Below, in pieces: positions 1-10,037 of a DNA stretch of 64,000 bases (its first letter is position 1; each line of letters begins with the position of its first letter). The translations under genes were made by a program, and so were the position numbers. The notes under the pieces are model-generated. The model searched no databases, was not told the origin of the DNA, and was given only the letters and a program-made list of their open reading frames with translations. Origin of the DNA: an uncultured Bacillota bacterium (lineage in GTDB: Bacteria > Sysuimicrobiota > Sysuimicrobiia > Sysuimicrobiales > Segetimicrobiaceae); contig CAWDRG010000009.1 in assembly GCA_963804645.1 (NCBI GenBank), forward strand, positions 160,001 to 224,000, in the 5' to 3' direction.

Positions 1-570
1 AGGAACTCAACCGGATCGTCCCCCCCACCTAACCGGCGCCGCCGACCGTTCCGGCCCGCGACGTCTCGCCCGCAGGAATCCAGGCGACCAGGGTATACCC
101 CCAGGGTCCAGTCCCTAGACCTCGCACCACCTAACGCTTTCGGTGCGGGTCGCGAACCGTTCCGAGCTTGGTATGGGGGGACGAGCGAATCACGAGAGCC
201 CGGTCGACAGATGGCGTGAGAGAGGACAGCACCGGCAGCGTTGTCGCTCTCGCACCGTGGATCCCTCGCCCCCCCGGCAAGTTTGTTGGTACGAATCTCC
301 CCGCTCGAGCGGAGAGAATGAGCACGTCTGCACGGGTACCGTACGCCTTTTGAAGGAGCGACTCAATGGGAATTTCGGACGCACGAAGCCCAAAGGTACC
401 ACCGGTCCCACCTAGTCCGAAGGTACCGGGAGAAAACGTGCGGGACCCCCGCTGGATCGCGGGGGTTCGGGGCAGAAGATGCTTTGGTGTAGTACGTGCC
501 CACGACGCCGGTGGTGCTTCTGTCACCGCGGGCGCGTCGCGGCGTGACGGCGGATCGGACCGCCCCGCGG

Positions 571-1374
571 CTACCGTCCGGACGCGAGCAGCACCACGAG
601 GCTCGGAAGGACGAGCAGCGCGGTCAAGATCAACACCAGTACGAACGACGGCGTCTGCGCGCGCGCCGCTCTCGTCTCCAACGCCTCGAGGGTCATCAGG
701 CGCAGCCCGTTCAGCGCGTGGTACACGACCGCCGCGACCAGCGCGCCTTCCATCGGCACGAGAAACGGGGCGGCGTACGCGCGCACCGTGCGGTCGTACA
801 GGTCCGGGGCCAGCGGGACGAGCGCGACGTCGAGGATGTGGACGCAGAGAAACCCGAGCACGCCGACCCCGGCGGCGCGGCTGAGCGCGAACGCCCACTG
901 TCCCGGGTACACCCAGCGGCCGAGCGGAAGGCGAGCCAGCATCCGCGCGCACAGCAGGACCGCGGCGGCGAGCCCGGCGGCGTACGTCAGCGCCGCCAGC
1001 GCCGCCAGGGCCGCGAGCATGGCCGCGGGGATCCACGTCGCCCCCGACAGCGGCCCCGGGGCGCTCCCCGGGACCCGCGCGCCCGCGAGCAGCGCCCACA
1101 CGCCGAGGGAGCCGAACGCGAGCAGGACGACGGCGAACCCGCCGCCGAGCGCCGCGCGCGGAACGCCCGGCCGTACGCGCGCCCGGAGCGCGCCGTACGC
1201 GCCGGCGACGCCGTGCGACAGCGCCAGCAGCAGCAGCACGCCGTCGAACACCCGCCATGCCGATCCGGCCCAGCGTCCGGCCACGAACGCCGCGTCGGTC
1301 GCAAACGGCGCGCGCTGATAGTGCATGATGAGGAGGTGGCCGAACGCAAAGGCCACCATCGCGAGCCCGCTCAC
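571..1374 (-). CDS. Fused succinate dehydrogenase/fumarate reductase membrane anchor (SdhD-like N-half + SdhC-like C-half)
   Basis: N-half (W)YYLRVSG..GHLLIMH..WRVFD..LALSHG resembles SdhD; C-half QWAFALSR..G..VHILD..VYHALNGLRL resembles SdhC. Follows sdhB-like gene. The reading frame is open upstream to at least ~1428, so the true start is uncertain. Confidence 0.8.
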   Translation of the reverse strand: MSGLAMVAFAFGHLLIMHYQRAPFATDAAFVAGRWAGSAWRVFDGVLLLLALSHGVAGAYGALRARVRPGVPRAALGGGFAVVLLAFGSLGVWALLAGARVPGSAPGPLSGATWIPAAMLAALAALAALTYAAGLAAAVLLCARMLARLPLGRWVYPGQWAFALSRAAGVGVLGFLCVHILDVALVPLAPDLYDRTVRAYAAPFLVPMEGALVAAVVYHALNGLRLMTLEALETRAARAQTPSFVLVLILTALLVLPSLVVLLASGR

Positions 1375-1420
1375 GCGCAGGTAGTACCACGTGGCGGCCT
1401 CGACGCCGCGGGCCGGCCGG

Positions 1421-2125
1421 CTAGCGATCGACGGTACCTTTCCGCAGCCGCATGATCGACAGCAGCGGATCGATGTCGACCGGGCACGCGGCGACGCAGC
1501 TGCCGACGTCGTGGCACGCGTGCACGCCGCCGTCCCCGGAGACCAGCCGCAGGCGATCGCGGTGTGCCGTCTCGCGCGCGTCCGCCGCGAGCACGTACGC
1601 GCGGTTGAGCGCGGCCGGGCCGAGGTACCCGGGATTGCTCGCGACGACCGGACACGCCGAATAGCACGCGCCGCAGGAGATGCACCCGAGCTGTCGGTCC
1701 ATGAGGTCGCGCGCGCCCGAATCGGGACGCACGACCGCCGGCGCGCCGCCGCCCGCGGTGATCGCGGCCGGCTCGCCGACGTAGAAGGGATCGACGGCCC
1801 CGTACTTGTCGAAAAACGGGGCCATGTCGACGACCAGGTCCTTGATCACCGGGAGCGACCGCAGCGGCTCGACGTGCACCGGCTCCCGGACCGCCTCCAG
1901 CCGGAGCCGGCACGCGAGCGCTTCGCGGCCGTTGACGACCATCGCGCAGGAGCCGCACATCCCCGCCCGGCACGAGTACCGGAAGCCGAGGCTGCCGTCC
2001 GTGTGCTCGAGGATCCAGAACAGGGCGTCCAAGACGCTCATCCGGGGCTCGGCGCCCACCGTGTACGACCGCCACGCCGGGCGGGCGTCCGTCGTCGGGT
2101 CGAAGCGTCTGACGCGGAAGATCAC
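1421..2125 (-). CDS. sdhB: Succinate dehydrogenase/fumarate reductase iron-sulfur subunit
   Basis: SCRAGMCGSC, CISCGACYSACP and CHDVGSCVAACP cluster motifs; GTG start overlaps the flavoprotein stop (GTGA). Confidence 0.88.
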   Translation of the reverse strand: MIFRVRRFDPTTDARPAWRSYTVGAEPRMSVLDALFWILEHTDGSLGFRYSCRAGMCGSCAMVVNGREALACRLRLEAVREPVHVEPLRSLPVIKDLVVDMAPFFDKYGAVDPFYVGEPAAITAGGGAPAVVRPDSGARDLMDRQLGCISCGACYSACPVVASNPGYLGPAALNRAYVLAADARETAHRDRLRLVSGDGGVHACHDVGSCVAACPVDIDPLLSIMRLRKGTVDR

Positions 2126-3849
2126 GACGGCGCGGGCTGCCGCCGCCCCGCGGACCCGTCCGGCAAGAGGCGCGTCAGGCGCACCGGCTCCGTCCAGGGC
2201 TCGCGCCCGGCGGCCTGATGAATGTGGACCAGCCAGTGCGCGTCGTCGCGCTCCGGGAAATCGCTGCGCGCGTGAGACCCGCGGCTCTCGCGGCGCAGGA
2301 GGGCCGCGGCGGCCGTCAGGCGGGCGGCCGTGAGGAGATTGCGGACGTCGAGCGCCTGCTGCCACGCGAGGTTCCACCGCCGGCCGCTCGGCGCCGCCGC
2401 CTGCGCGGCCCGCGCGTCCAGATCGTCGATCTCGGCGAGGGCCCGCGCGAGCCCCGGTCCGTCGCGCACCAGCCCTACCTGGTCCCACATCAGACGCTGC
2501 AGCCGGTCGCGGATCTCAAACGGGTGTGACCCGCGCTCGCGGCCGAGCGGCGCCAGGGCTGCGTCGCACGCCCGCTGGGCCTCGTCCGGATCGGGGGCCT
2601 CGAGCGGGCCCTCGGCGCGCGCACGCGCCGCGGTCATCCCGGCCCGCGCGCCGAACACGCAGGACTCGGCCACCCCGTTGCCCCCCAGACGGTTGGCGCC
2701 GTGCACGCCGCCGGCGTCCTCGCCGGCGACGAGCAGGCCGGGCAGCGCGGTCCGGCAGTCCGCGTCGATCCGCACGCCGCCCATGTGGAAGTGCGCCGTG
2801 GGCGTCACCTCGACCGGCCCGGTGGTCAGATCGTACCCCACCTCCGCGCACCGCTTCACCATGCCGGGGAAGTTGCGCGCGACGAACGACGCGCCGAGGT
2901 GGGACGCGTCGAGCAGCACCCCCCCGGCGGCGGTCCCGCGCCCGGCCGCGATCTCGAGATAGCTCGCCCGCGAGACGAGGTCCCGCGTCGCGCGCTCCAT
3001 CCGCTCCGGATCGTACCGCGCCATGTAGCGCTCGCCGCGGGCGTTGCGCAGCCATGCCCCGGCGCCGCGCAGGCCTTCCTCCAGGACCATGCCCGACAGC
3101 CGCGAGGCGCCGGCGAGCAGGCCCGTCGGATGAAACTGCATCATCTCCATGTCGATGAGGTCGCAGCCCGCCCGCCAGGCCATCGCGTAGCCGTCCCCGG
3201 TCTTCTCGAGCGACGGCGCCGAGAACGTGTACATCCGGGGTCCCCCGCCGGTCGCGAGGATCACCACCCGCGCCGTGACGACGACAAACGCCCCCTCGCG
3301 CTGCCGCAGCAGGAGCGCCCCCGCGATGCGGCGGCCCGCGCGGTCGTGGAGCAGGTCCACGGCCCGCGTTTCGTCAAGGACCCGGATGCGCCGCGCGAAC
3401 AGCTGGTCATGGAGGCGGCTCACGATCTCGATGCCCGTGAGGTCGCCCCGGTGGATCGTGCGGTCGAACGACTGCCCCGCGAACGCCTTCTGGTGGATCG
3501 CGCCGTCTTCGCGCCGGTCGAAGAAGCACCCCACCTTGGTCTCCAGCTTGCGGATCACGTCGGGCGCTTCGCTGACCAGCGTCCAGGCGAGCTCCTGATC
3601 GTTCAGGAACTGCCCGCCCGCGAGCGTGTCGCGGAAGTGCAGCTCGGGGGAGTCCGCGGGGTCGAGCGCGGCGTTGAAACCGCCCTGCACGAGCCGCGTG
3701 CAGCCGCTCTTGCCGACCAGCCCCTTCGCGGCCAGGATGATGTCGAGGGTGGGGTCCGTGTCGTACGCGTGCAGCGCGGCCATCAGACCCGCGCCGCCGC
3801 TCCCGAGGATCAGCACATCGCAGGCGAGCTCGTCCCACTCACGGCTCAT
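2122..3849 (-). CDS. SdhA/FrdA-family flavoprotein lacking the covalent-FAD His (TfrA-like)
   Basis: GSGGAG FAD motif, QFHPT, ERATRD, AHFHMGG, HGANRLGGN, RRESRGSH; KSGCT replaces RSHT. Confidence 0.88.
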   Translation of the reverse strand: MSREWDELACDVLILGSGGAGLMAALHAYDTDPTLDIILAAKGLVGKSGCTRLVQGGFNAALDPADSPELHFRDTLAGGQFLNDQELAWTLVSEAPDVIRKLETKVGCFFDRREDGAIHQKAFAGQSFDRTIHRGDLTGIEIVSRLHDQLFARRIRVLDETRAVDLLHDRAGRRIAGALLLRQREGAFVVVTARVVILATGGGPRMYTFSAPSLEKTGDGYAMAWRAGCDLIDMEMMQFHPTGLLAGASRLSGMVLEEGLRGAGAWLRNARGERYMARYDPERMERATRDLVSRASYLEIAAGRGTAAGGVLLDASHLGASFVARNFPGMVKRCAEVGYDLTTGPVEVTPTAHFHMGGVRIDADCRTALPGLLVAGEDAGGVHGANRLGGNGVAESCVFGARAGMTAARARAEGPLEAPDPDEAQRACDAALAPLGRERGSHPFEIRDRLQRLMWDQVGLVRDGPGLARALAEIDDLDARAAQAAAPSGRRWNLAWQQALDVRNLLTAARLTAAAALLRRESRGSHARSDFPERDDAHWLVHIHQAAGREPWTEPVRLTRLLPDGSAGRRQPAPS

Positions 3850-4444
3850 CACTGAGGCCCAGCTTCGCGTAGACATCGGCGAGGCGCTGGCGCGCCCGCG
3901 CGGCCACGTCCCGGTACATGCTCGCGCCCGCGGCGTCCATGGCGACGGTCAGCGGCCCGAACGCCCGCACGCGGAACTGCCAGAGGCACTCGGGCATCAG
4001 ATCTTCCCAGTACACGTGCTCGATCGCCTCGACCTGCTCGGTCTCGACCGACGCGGCGCCCCCGACGATGGCGAGATACACGCCGCCGTACCGCGCGAGC
4101 GCGGCGCTGCTCGCGTCCGACAGCCCGCCCTTGCCGATGATCGCCCGCACGCCGTAGTCCCGGAGGAGTCCCTCGGTGAACCGGTCCATGCGCATGCTGG
4201 TGGTGGTGCCGACCGTCGTGGGCACGTAGCCGCTCGGCACGGCGGAGGACCGGCGCACGTTCGGCGCCACGTGCAGGAGGGCGCCGCCCCGCAGCTCCGC
4301 GGGCGGCGGCTGCCCCTGATCGAAGATGCGGATCAGGGTGGCGTCGCGGATGCCCCACACCACGCCGTCGAGCATCACCGCATCGCCGACGCGGAGGGCC
4401 CGCACCGCGTCCTCGTCGAGCGGCGTGCGGAGGAGATGCTCCAT
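3839..4444 (-). CDS. Fe-S hydro-lyase beta subunit (class I fumarase C-terminal/TtdB family)
   Basis: LRVGD, IRDA, GTTTSMRMD, IIGKGG, EDLMPE..W.F.V..FGPL.VAMD motifs. Confidence 0.9.
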   Translation of the reverse strand: MEHLLRTPLDEDAVRALRVGDAVMLDGVVWGIRDATLIRIFDQGQPPPAELRGGALLHVAPNVRRSSAVPSGYVPTTVGTTTSMRMDRFTEGLLRDYGVRAIIGKGGLSDASSAALARYGGVYLAIVGGAASVETEQVEAIEHVYWEDLMPECLWQFRVRAFGPLTVAMDAAGASMYRDVAARARQRLADVYAKLGLSDEP

Positions 4445-4446
4445 CG

Positions 4447-5346
4447 TCAGTATCCGACCTCCACGCGTCCCCCGGCGTACACGCGCGCGCGGCGCCGCTC
4501 GCCCCGCCAGCACTGCATGTTCACGGCGACGGGGTTGAGGGTGATGTGCGTCCACGCGGTCTCGACGTGAAGGTCGAGCGCCGTCGTGTCGCCGCCGAGC
4601 CCCATCGGTCCGATGCCGGTGCTGTTGATCGCCTCGAGCAGCTCGACCTCGAGCGCGGCGATCTTCGGATCGGGATGCCGCTCGCCGACCGGCCGCAGCG
4701 TCGCCTTCTTCGCCAGGGTCACGCACACGTCCGAGGACCCGCCGATGCCGACGCCGATGATCGTCGGCGGGCAGGGACGTCCGCCCGCGCCCACGCACGT
4801 CTCGAGCACGAACTTCTTGATGCCGTTGATCCCGTCCGCCGGCAGCAACATCTTCAGGAAGGACATGCTCTCCGAACCCGACCCTTTCGGCATCATCATG
4901 ATGTCGATGTGGTCGATCTCCTGCGAGAACTCGACGTGGAACACCGGAATCCCCTCGCCGCTGCTCGTCTGCCGGTTTTCCCGTTCGATCGGCGAGACGA
5001 TGCTGGACCGGATCGGCGTCTCGACCGTGGCCCGTTCGACCCCGCGGCGCAGCGCGTCGAGCATGCGCGCGCCGTCGACGACCACCCCGCGGCCGATCGT
5101 GATCCAGAAGATCGGAATGCCGGTGTCCTGGCAGACGAGCGTGTGCGTGCGGTCGGAGACGTCGATCGCCTTGAGGATCGTGCGGAAGATCCCGCGGGCG
5201 ACCGGGCTCGTTTCGCGCGCCAGCGCGCCGCGCAGTCCCTCGCGGACGTCGGGCGGAATGTCGATCTGCGCGTCCAGGTAGAGCCGCCGCCCCAAGTCTT
5301 CGAACAGCGCGTCGTACTCGCGGGCGTCCATGGTGACCTCCGCCAT
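4447..5346 (-). CDS. Fe-S hydro-lyase alpha subunit (class I fumarase N-terminal/TtdA family)
   Basis: CQDTG, PKGSGSE, GGRPCPP..IGVGIGG, GIGPMGLGG, VAVNMQCW. Confidence 0.92.
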   Translation of the reverse strand: MAEVTMDAREYDALFEDLGRRLYLDAQIDIPPDVREGLRGALARETSPVARGIFRTILKAIDVSDRTHTLVCQDTGIPIFWITIGRGVVVDGARMLDALRRGVERATVETPIRSSIVSPIERENRQTSSGEGIPVFHVEFSQEIDHIDIMMMPKGSGSESMSFLKMLLPADGINGIKKFVLETCVGAGGRPCPPTIIGVGIGGSSDVCVTLAKKATLRPVGERHPDPKIAALEVELLEAINSTGIGPMGLGGDTTALDLHVETAWTHITLNPVAVNMQCWRGERRRARVYAGGRVEVGY

Positions 5347-5403
5347 TTCCACGCCTCCCGCTTCGTCAGTCCCGCACCCGGTCCCCCCGGCGGACGCGGG
5401 CGC

Positions 5404-6603
5404 CTAGCCGGCCAGCACCTGCCGGAGACGGGCGGCCACGGCGTGCTCTTCTCCGGGCCGCAGCGCGGACGCGTTCAGGCCGATCGCCCGGCGGTGGAGA
5501 AACTGCTGGGACACGCCGATCGGCGGGTCGCCCTCGAACAGCGCGTTCACCAGCGTCTCGACCGACCGGCCGACGACGGCTTCGTCCAGATGCACCACCG
5601 CGACGGGATAGCGGCGCGCGGGGTCCGCCTCGTCGAGCAACTCCGCGCGCACGCCGGCGAGGCCGGCGAGCGCCTCGACGATCGTCCGCAGCTGCCCGCG
5701 CTGGGCGGCGCTCGTGCCGGCGTGATCGCTCGCGACGAACCGGCGGAGGGCGACGACGAGCCCAACGATCTCCTCGCGGCCGACCTTCATCGACCGGCCG
5801 AGTCCGTGGTGCGGCGGCCCGGGAAGGCGTCCGCTCGACAGGTAGCGGTCGCGCCACGGCCACGTGAGCGGATGCACGTCCATGTCCTGGTGCTGGAGGG
5901 CGACCGATTCGATCAGATCGGCGCGCCCCACGAGAATCCCGCTCGCCTGCGGGCCGCCGATCGCCTTGCCGCCGCTGAACGCGACGAGATCGGCCCCGTC
6001 GGCGATGAACCGGCGCAGATTCTCGGCGGGCGGGAGCGCGGCGGCGGCGTCGACGATCACCGGCAGCGCGTGCCGGTGCGCGATCCGGACGACCTCATCC
6101 AGGGGGACGCTGCCGGGCGCGTCGCCGACCGTGAACGCCACCGCGGCCGTGCGCTCGCTGATCGCGGCTTCAACCTGCCACGGCCAGGTCGCACCCCCGC
6201 CGGGATACCCCAGGTAGCCGACTTCCACTAAATGAGCCCCGGCGACCCGCAGCGCGTGCGTGTACGCCGTGAGGTGCGGCCGCTGAACGACGATCTCGTC
6301 GCGGAGCCCGGTGGTGCTCGGAAGCCGGTCCATCGCCGCGACGTCCAGCCCCGCGATGCACGCCGCGGCCGCCAGCGTCAATCCCGCGGCGGCGCCCGCG
6401 GTCACGTACCCGGCGTCGGCCCCGGTGACGTCGGCCAGGTACCGCCCCGCGGCGGCCTGCAGCTCGTCGATGCGCACGCACTGCTGCGCCGCCTCCGCCA
6501 TCGCGGCCGCCACCTCGGGGGCGATCGGCATGCCGCTGAGCCGCGTCAGCGGCCCCGCGGCGTTAATGATGGGGCGCACACCGAGCTCTTCGTAGATTCC
6601 CAC
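5404..6603 (-). CDS. SelA-like PLP-dependent enzyme (DgaE/SelA-related)
   Basis: GVRPIINAAG..TRLSG, IVDAAA, FSGGKAIGGPQASG (PLP Lys), GRSMKVGREEI. Confidence 0.85.
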   Translation of the reverse strand: MGIYEELGVRPIINAAGPLTRLSGMPIAPEVAAAMAEAAQQCVRIDELQAAAGRYLADVTGADAGYVTAGAAAGLTLAAAACIAGLDVAAMDRLPSTTGLRDEIVVQRPHLTAYTHALRVAGAHLVEVGYLGYPGGGATWPWQVEAAISERTAAVAFTVGDAPGSVPLDEVVRIAHRHALPVIVDAAAALPPAENLRRFIADGADLVAFSGGKAIGGPQASGILVGRADLIESVALQHQDMDVHPLTWPWRDRYLSSGRLPGPPHHGLGRSMKVGREEIVGLVVALRRFVASDHAGTSAAQRGQLRTIVEALAGLAGVRAELLDEADPARRYPVAVVHLDEAVVGRSVETLVNALFEGDPPIGVSQQFLHRRAIGLNASALRPGEEHAVAARLRQVLAG

Positions 6604-6811
6604 GCGCTCCTCCGCAGCCGTGCCGGCGCTTCCGCGCGCCGGCGCGAGGCCCGCGCGGCCGGCCGGAGACGGCCCCGCGCGACACCCTCAATTGTAGACG
6701 AAAAACTCCCAGGGGGTGAACACGACCCGTGCGGTGCGTCGAGCGCCCGGGCCGGCGGCGTCAGCGCGGCGCCGGCCGCCGCAGAGGCGGTCGCGCGAGA
6801 TGCGAAGCCGG

Positions 6812-8230
6812 TTAGCCGCCGCCCGCGACGTCCGCGGGGACGCTGGGCACGAGCTTGTTGAGGCCGTTCAGCGCCGCGGCCTTGTACGCTTCCGCCAGCG
6901 TCGGATAGTTGAACACCACGTCCCGGAGGTAGTTCACGGTGCCGCCGTGATCGACGAGCGCCTGCCCGATGTGAATCAGCTCGGTGGCGCTCTGCCCAAG
7001 GATGTGCACCGCCAGCAGCTTCAGCGTCTCGCGGTGGAACAGCACTTTCAGGAGCCCGTCCCGGCCGCCGCTGATCTGCACGCGCGACAGCTCGCGGAAC
7101 GGCACCACGCCGACCTCGTAGGGCACCGCCAACCGGGTCAGCTGCTGCTCGGTCGGACCGACCATCGCGACTTCCGGAATGGTATAGATGCCGTACACCA
7201 ACCGCGTGGACATCGGGGGCGCGTCGACGCCGCACGCGTGCAGCGCGGCGAGGCGGCCCTGCTCCATGGACGTCGACGCCAGGCTGAACCCTCCGATGAT
7301 GTCGCCGACCGCGTAGATGTTCGGGACGCTCGTCCGGTACGTCTCGTCCACCTTGATGCGGCCCTTCGCGTCCGTCTCGATGCCCACCGCGTCCAGCTTG
7401 AGATCCGCCGACGCGCCCGAGCGGCCCGCCGCGACCATCAGCGCATCCGTGAGGAGCGCCTTGCCGCTGGCCATCCCCACGTGCACGCGGCCCTCCGGGG
7501 TCCGGCGCACGGTGGAGACGGTCTCGCCGAACCGCAGCGTGATGCCCTCGTCCCGCATGTGGTAGTACAGCGCGTCCTCGATCTCGTCGTCCAGGGCCTC
7601 CATCGGACGCTCGCGGGAGTCGATCAGGGTCACCTGCACCCCCGCCGTCTGGAAGATCGTCGCGTACTCCACGCCGATGATCCCGGCGCCCACGACCGTC
7701 ATCGTGCGGGGAATCTCGGACAGCGTGAGCAGGCCGTCGCTGTCGATGACCGTACGGTCATCGAACTCAAACGCCGGCGGACGCAGCGGCCGGCTGCCCA
7801 CCGCGATGACGGCCTTATCGGCCGTCACCGTGCGGGAGCCGTCCTCGGTTGAGACGGTCACGTGGTGCGGGTCCGCAAACGAGCCGGTGCCGGCGAAAAT
7901 ATCGACGCCGTTCCGGATGAGCTGATCGCGCACGATGTTGGTCTCCGCCGCGATGACGAGCTGCGTCCGCGCGGTGAGGTCCTGCATCCCGATCCGCTCT
8001 TTCACCCGGAACGCGGCCCCGTACATCGGGCGCTGCCGGACCCCGGAGAGATAGGCGACGACCTCGCGCAGGGTCTTGCTCGGAATCGTGCCGTGGTGGA
8101 TGCAGCCGCCGCCGACGTCCATGTTGCGCTCGACGATCGCGGTCCGCCGGCCGATTTTCGCCGCCGCGATCGCGGCCCGCTGTCCCGCCGGGCCGCTGCC
8201 GATCACGATCAGATCATACTCGTTCGCCAC
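6812..8230 (-). CDS. sthA: Soluble pyridine nucleotide transhydrogenase
   Basis: GSGPAG, GGGCIHHGTIPSKTLRE (single Cys, no redox disulfide), YTIPE, ATELIHIGQ, FNYPTLAEAYK. Confidence 0.9.
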   Translation of the reverse strand: MANEYDLIVIGSGPAGQRAAIAAAKIGRRTAIVERNMDVGGGCIHHGTIPSKTLREVVAYLSGVRQRPMYGAAFRVKERIGMQDLTARTQLVIAAETNIVRDQLIRNGVDIFAGTGSFADPHHVTVSTEDGSRTVTADKAVIAVGSRPLRPPAFEFDDRTVIDSDGLLTLSEIPRTMTVVGAGIIGVEYATIFQTAGVQVTLIDSRERPMEALDDEIEDALYYHMRDEGITLRFGETVSTVRRTPEGRVHVGMASGKALLTDALMVAAGRSGASADLKLDAVGIETDAKGRIKVDETYRTSVPNIYAVGDIIGGFSLASTSMEQGRLAALHACGVDAPPMSTRLVYGIYTIPEVAMVGPTEQQLTRLAVPYEVGVVPFRELSRVQISGGRDGLLKVLFHRETLKLLAVHILGQSATELIHIGQALVDHGGTVNYLRDVVFNYPTLAEAYKAAALNGLNKLVPSVPADVAGGG

Positions 8231-8554
8231 AGCCGTCTCTCCCCCGAGTCGTCGCGGAGCCTCAGCGCGGTGACATCCGGCCGGGCCGCCGCCCTCCGGA
8301 TGCTTGCATCCGCGGGCAACCGGTAACAATATACACGCGGCCGCCGGTTATTGGACACGATCGGCCCGTCCGGACCCGCACGGCGGAGGCCGGCACGCGC
8401 GATCAGGATACGCGCGACGTGTTATGCCCCCCTCCAGCGACCGTTACCTTTCTATATAAGAGAAGACGAATGCTCGGGCGGACCGGATCACTGTCTCGCG
8501 GAAGACTAATTTCGAAAGCGAAGGGTTGCGTAGCGCCGGCCTCCGGCGCGCCGC

Positions 8555-9136
8555 TCAGTTGGCGAAGGTAATCTCGATCTTGGGTTGGGTCTGCAGTTCG
8601 CGGAGAGGCTCGCGGATCGGCTTCACGGCCTTCATCTCGCAGATCATCTCCCGCACCACGTTGCGGTGCGTCCGGATGTGCTCGATGATCGCCTTCGCAT
8701 CCATACCCGCATAGGCGGCCCGTTCCACTAAGAGGAGAATGCGCACGACGTCCCAGTCTCCCCGGTAGCCGTAATCCGCCCGCCAGTAGTACGGCTGCCC
8801 AAAGTACCCGAACGTGCCGGGAAAGCACAGACGCACGTGCGTGGGATCTTCCGACCCGTCGTCGCTCGCCCCGTGGGGCACGCGGATCGTCGCCATGGCC
8901 CCGGGCTTGGCGACCCGGTGCAGCTCCTGCATCATCGGGAGCGGCGCGCGGATGTGCTCGAGCAGGTGCGAGAGCAGGAACTCGTCGATGCTGTTGTCCT
9001 CGATCGGCAGGGGGACATCGGCGCAGCGTTCGAGATCGGCCACGATGTCCACGCCGGGCAGCGGCATGACGTCGAGGTTGATCCATCCCTCGAGAATGTT
9101 CCGTCCGCACCCCACGTTGAGGCGCCGTTCAGCCAT
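8555..9136 (-). CDS. Class I SAM-dependent methyltransferase
   Basis: LNVGCG, GWINLD, SHLLEH, ELHRVAKPG, DPTH. Confidence 0.85.
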   Translation of the reverse strand: MAERRLNVGCGRNILEGWINLDVMPLPGVDIVADLERCADVPLPIEDNSIDEFLLSHLLEHIRAPLPMMQELHRVAKPGAMATIRVPHGASDDGSEDPTHVRLCFPGTFGYFGQPYYWRADYGYRGDWDVVRILLLVERAAYAGMDAKAIIEHIRTHRNVVREMICEMKAVKPIREPLRELQTQPKIEITFAN

Positions 9137-9172
9137 GACGCCGGCCGCCCGTCGCGCACCGCCCCACGGGGC

Positions 9173-9859
9173 TCAACTCGTCTTGCCCGGCTTGACGATC
9201 TCGATGTGGATGATCTTCACCGGATTCTGCGGCCGGTCCTGACTGTTCCGCGGCATGCGCGCGATCTTCTTCACCAGCTCCACGGACGCGTCGTCGCACT
9301 GCCCGAAGATCGTGTACCCGCCCTGCGGCGGATTCAGGCCCGGCTGCGCGGCCTCCGTGATGAAAAACTGAGACCCGTTGGTGTTGGGGCCGGCGTTGGC
9401 CATCGCGAGCCGCCCGGGCCGGTCGAACGTCAGATCCGGGCGCAGCTCGTCCGCGAACTGATAGCCGGGTCCGCCCATGCCCGTGCCCACCGGGTCGCCG
9501 CCCTGGATCATGAAGCCCGGGATCACCCGGTGAAAGATGACGCCGTCGTACAGCGGCCGGCCGTGCACCACCTTGCCGGTCGCGGGGTCGGTCCAGTCCT
9601 TGGTCCCGGTCGCGAGCCCGATGAAGTTGGCCGAGGTGACCGGCACCTTCTCGAGGAAGATCTCGCATCGGAGATCGCCCGCGGTGGTGTGAATGATCGC
9701 GGTCGGGTCCTGCGTTGCTGGGGCGGGCTGCGCGGCAGACATCTGAGATCCTCCGGATTCGACGGTATCGTCCACGATGGGCCGACCGCCCGTAGGCCCG
9801 GCCAGGGCCGGCACGGTCAACACGGCGAGCACCATCCACACGATCGCACCAATACGCAT
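9173..9859 (-). CDS. Cyclophilin-type peptidyl-prolyl isomerase with signal peptide
   Basis: FHRVIPGFMIQGGDP, LAMANAGPNTNGSQFFIT; hydrophobic N-terminus. Confidence 0.95.
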   Translation of the reverse strand: MRIGAIVWMVLAVLTVPALAGPTGGRPIVDDTVESGGSQMSAAQPAPATQDPTAIIHTTAGDLRCEIFLEKVPVTSANFIGLATGTKDWTDPATGKVVHGRPLYDGVIFHRVIPGFMIQGGDPVGTGMGGPGYQFADELRPDLTFDRPGRLAMANAGPNTNGSQFFITEAAQPGLNPPQGGYTIFGQCDDASVELVKKIARMPRNSQDRPQNPVKIIHIEIVKPGKTS

Positions 9860-10037
9860 GTCATCCCTCTCCTGAACCGCCCGTCATGACGTTCGACGAC
9901 GCTCGCGACTGATGGGGGCGCCGCGCTTCGAGCCGGCAACTCCCTGATATGCCACGTCTCAACGCCCTGCACCTGCTTGTGTACACCGGGGAGCCCGTAC
10001 CACGACCACCGCCGGCGTCGGGCCGCGGGGCCGCGGC

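Noticed and set aside
1..560. Riboswitch/ncRNA or CsoR-type operator in the first intergenic region
   Set aside because: Only a GC hairpin (~444-468, possible terminator) and a short GGGTATACCC palindrome; no recognisable RNA family.
5404..6603. True selenocysteine synthase SelA
   Set aside because: Shorter DgaE-like form; no selB, selC or selD in the window and no in-frame TGA selenoproteins noticed.
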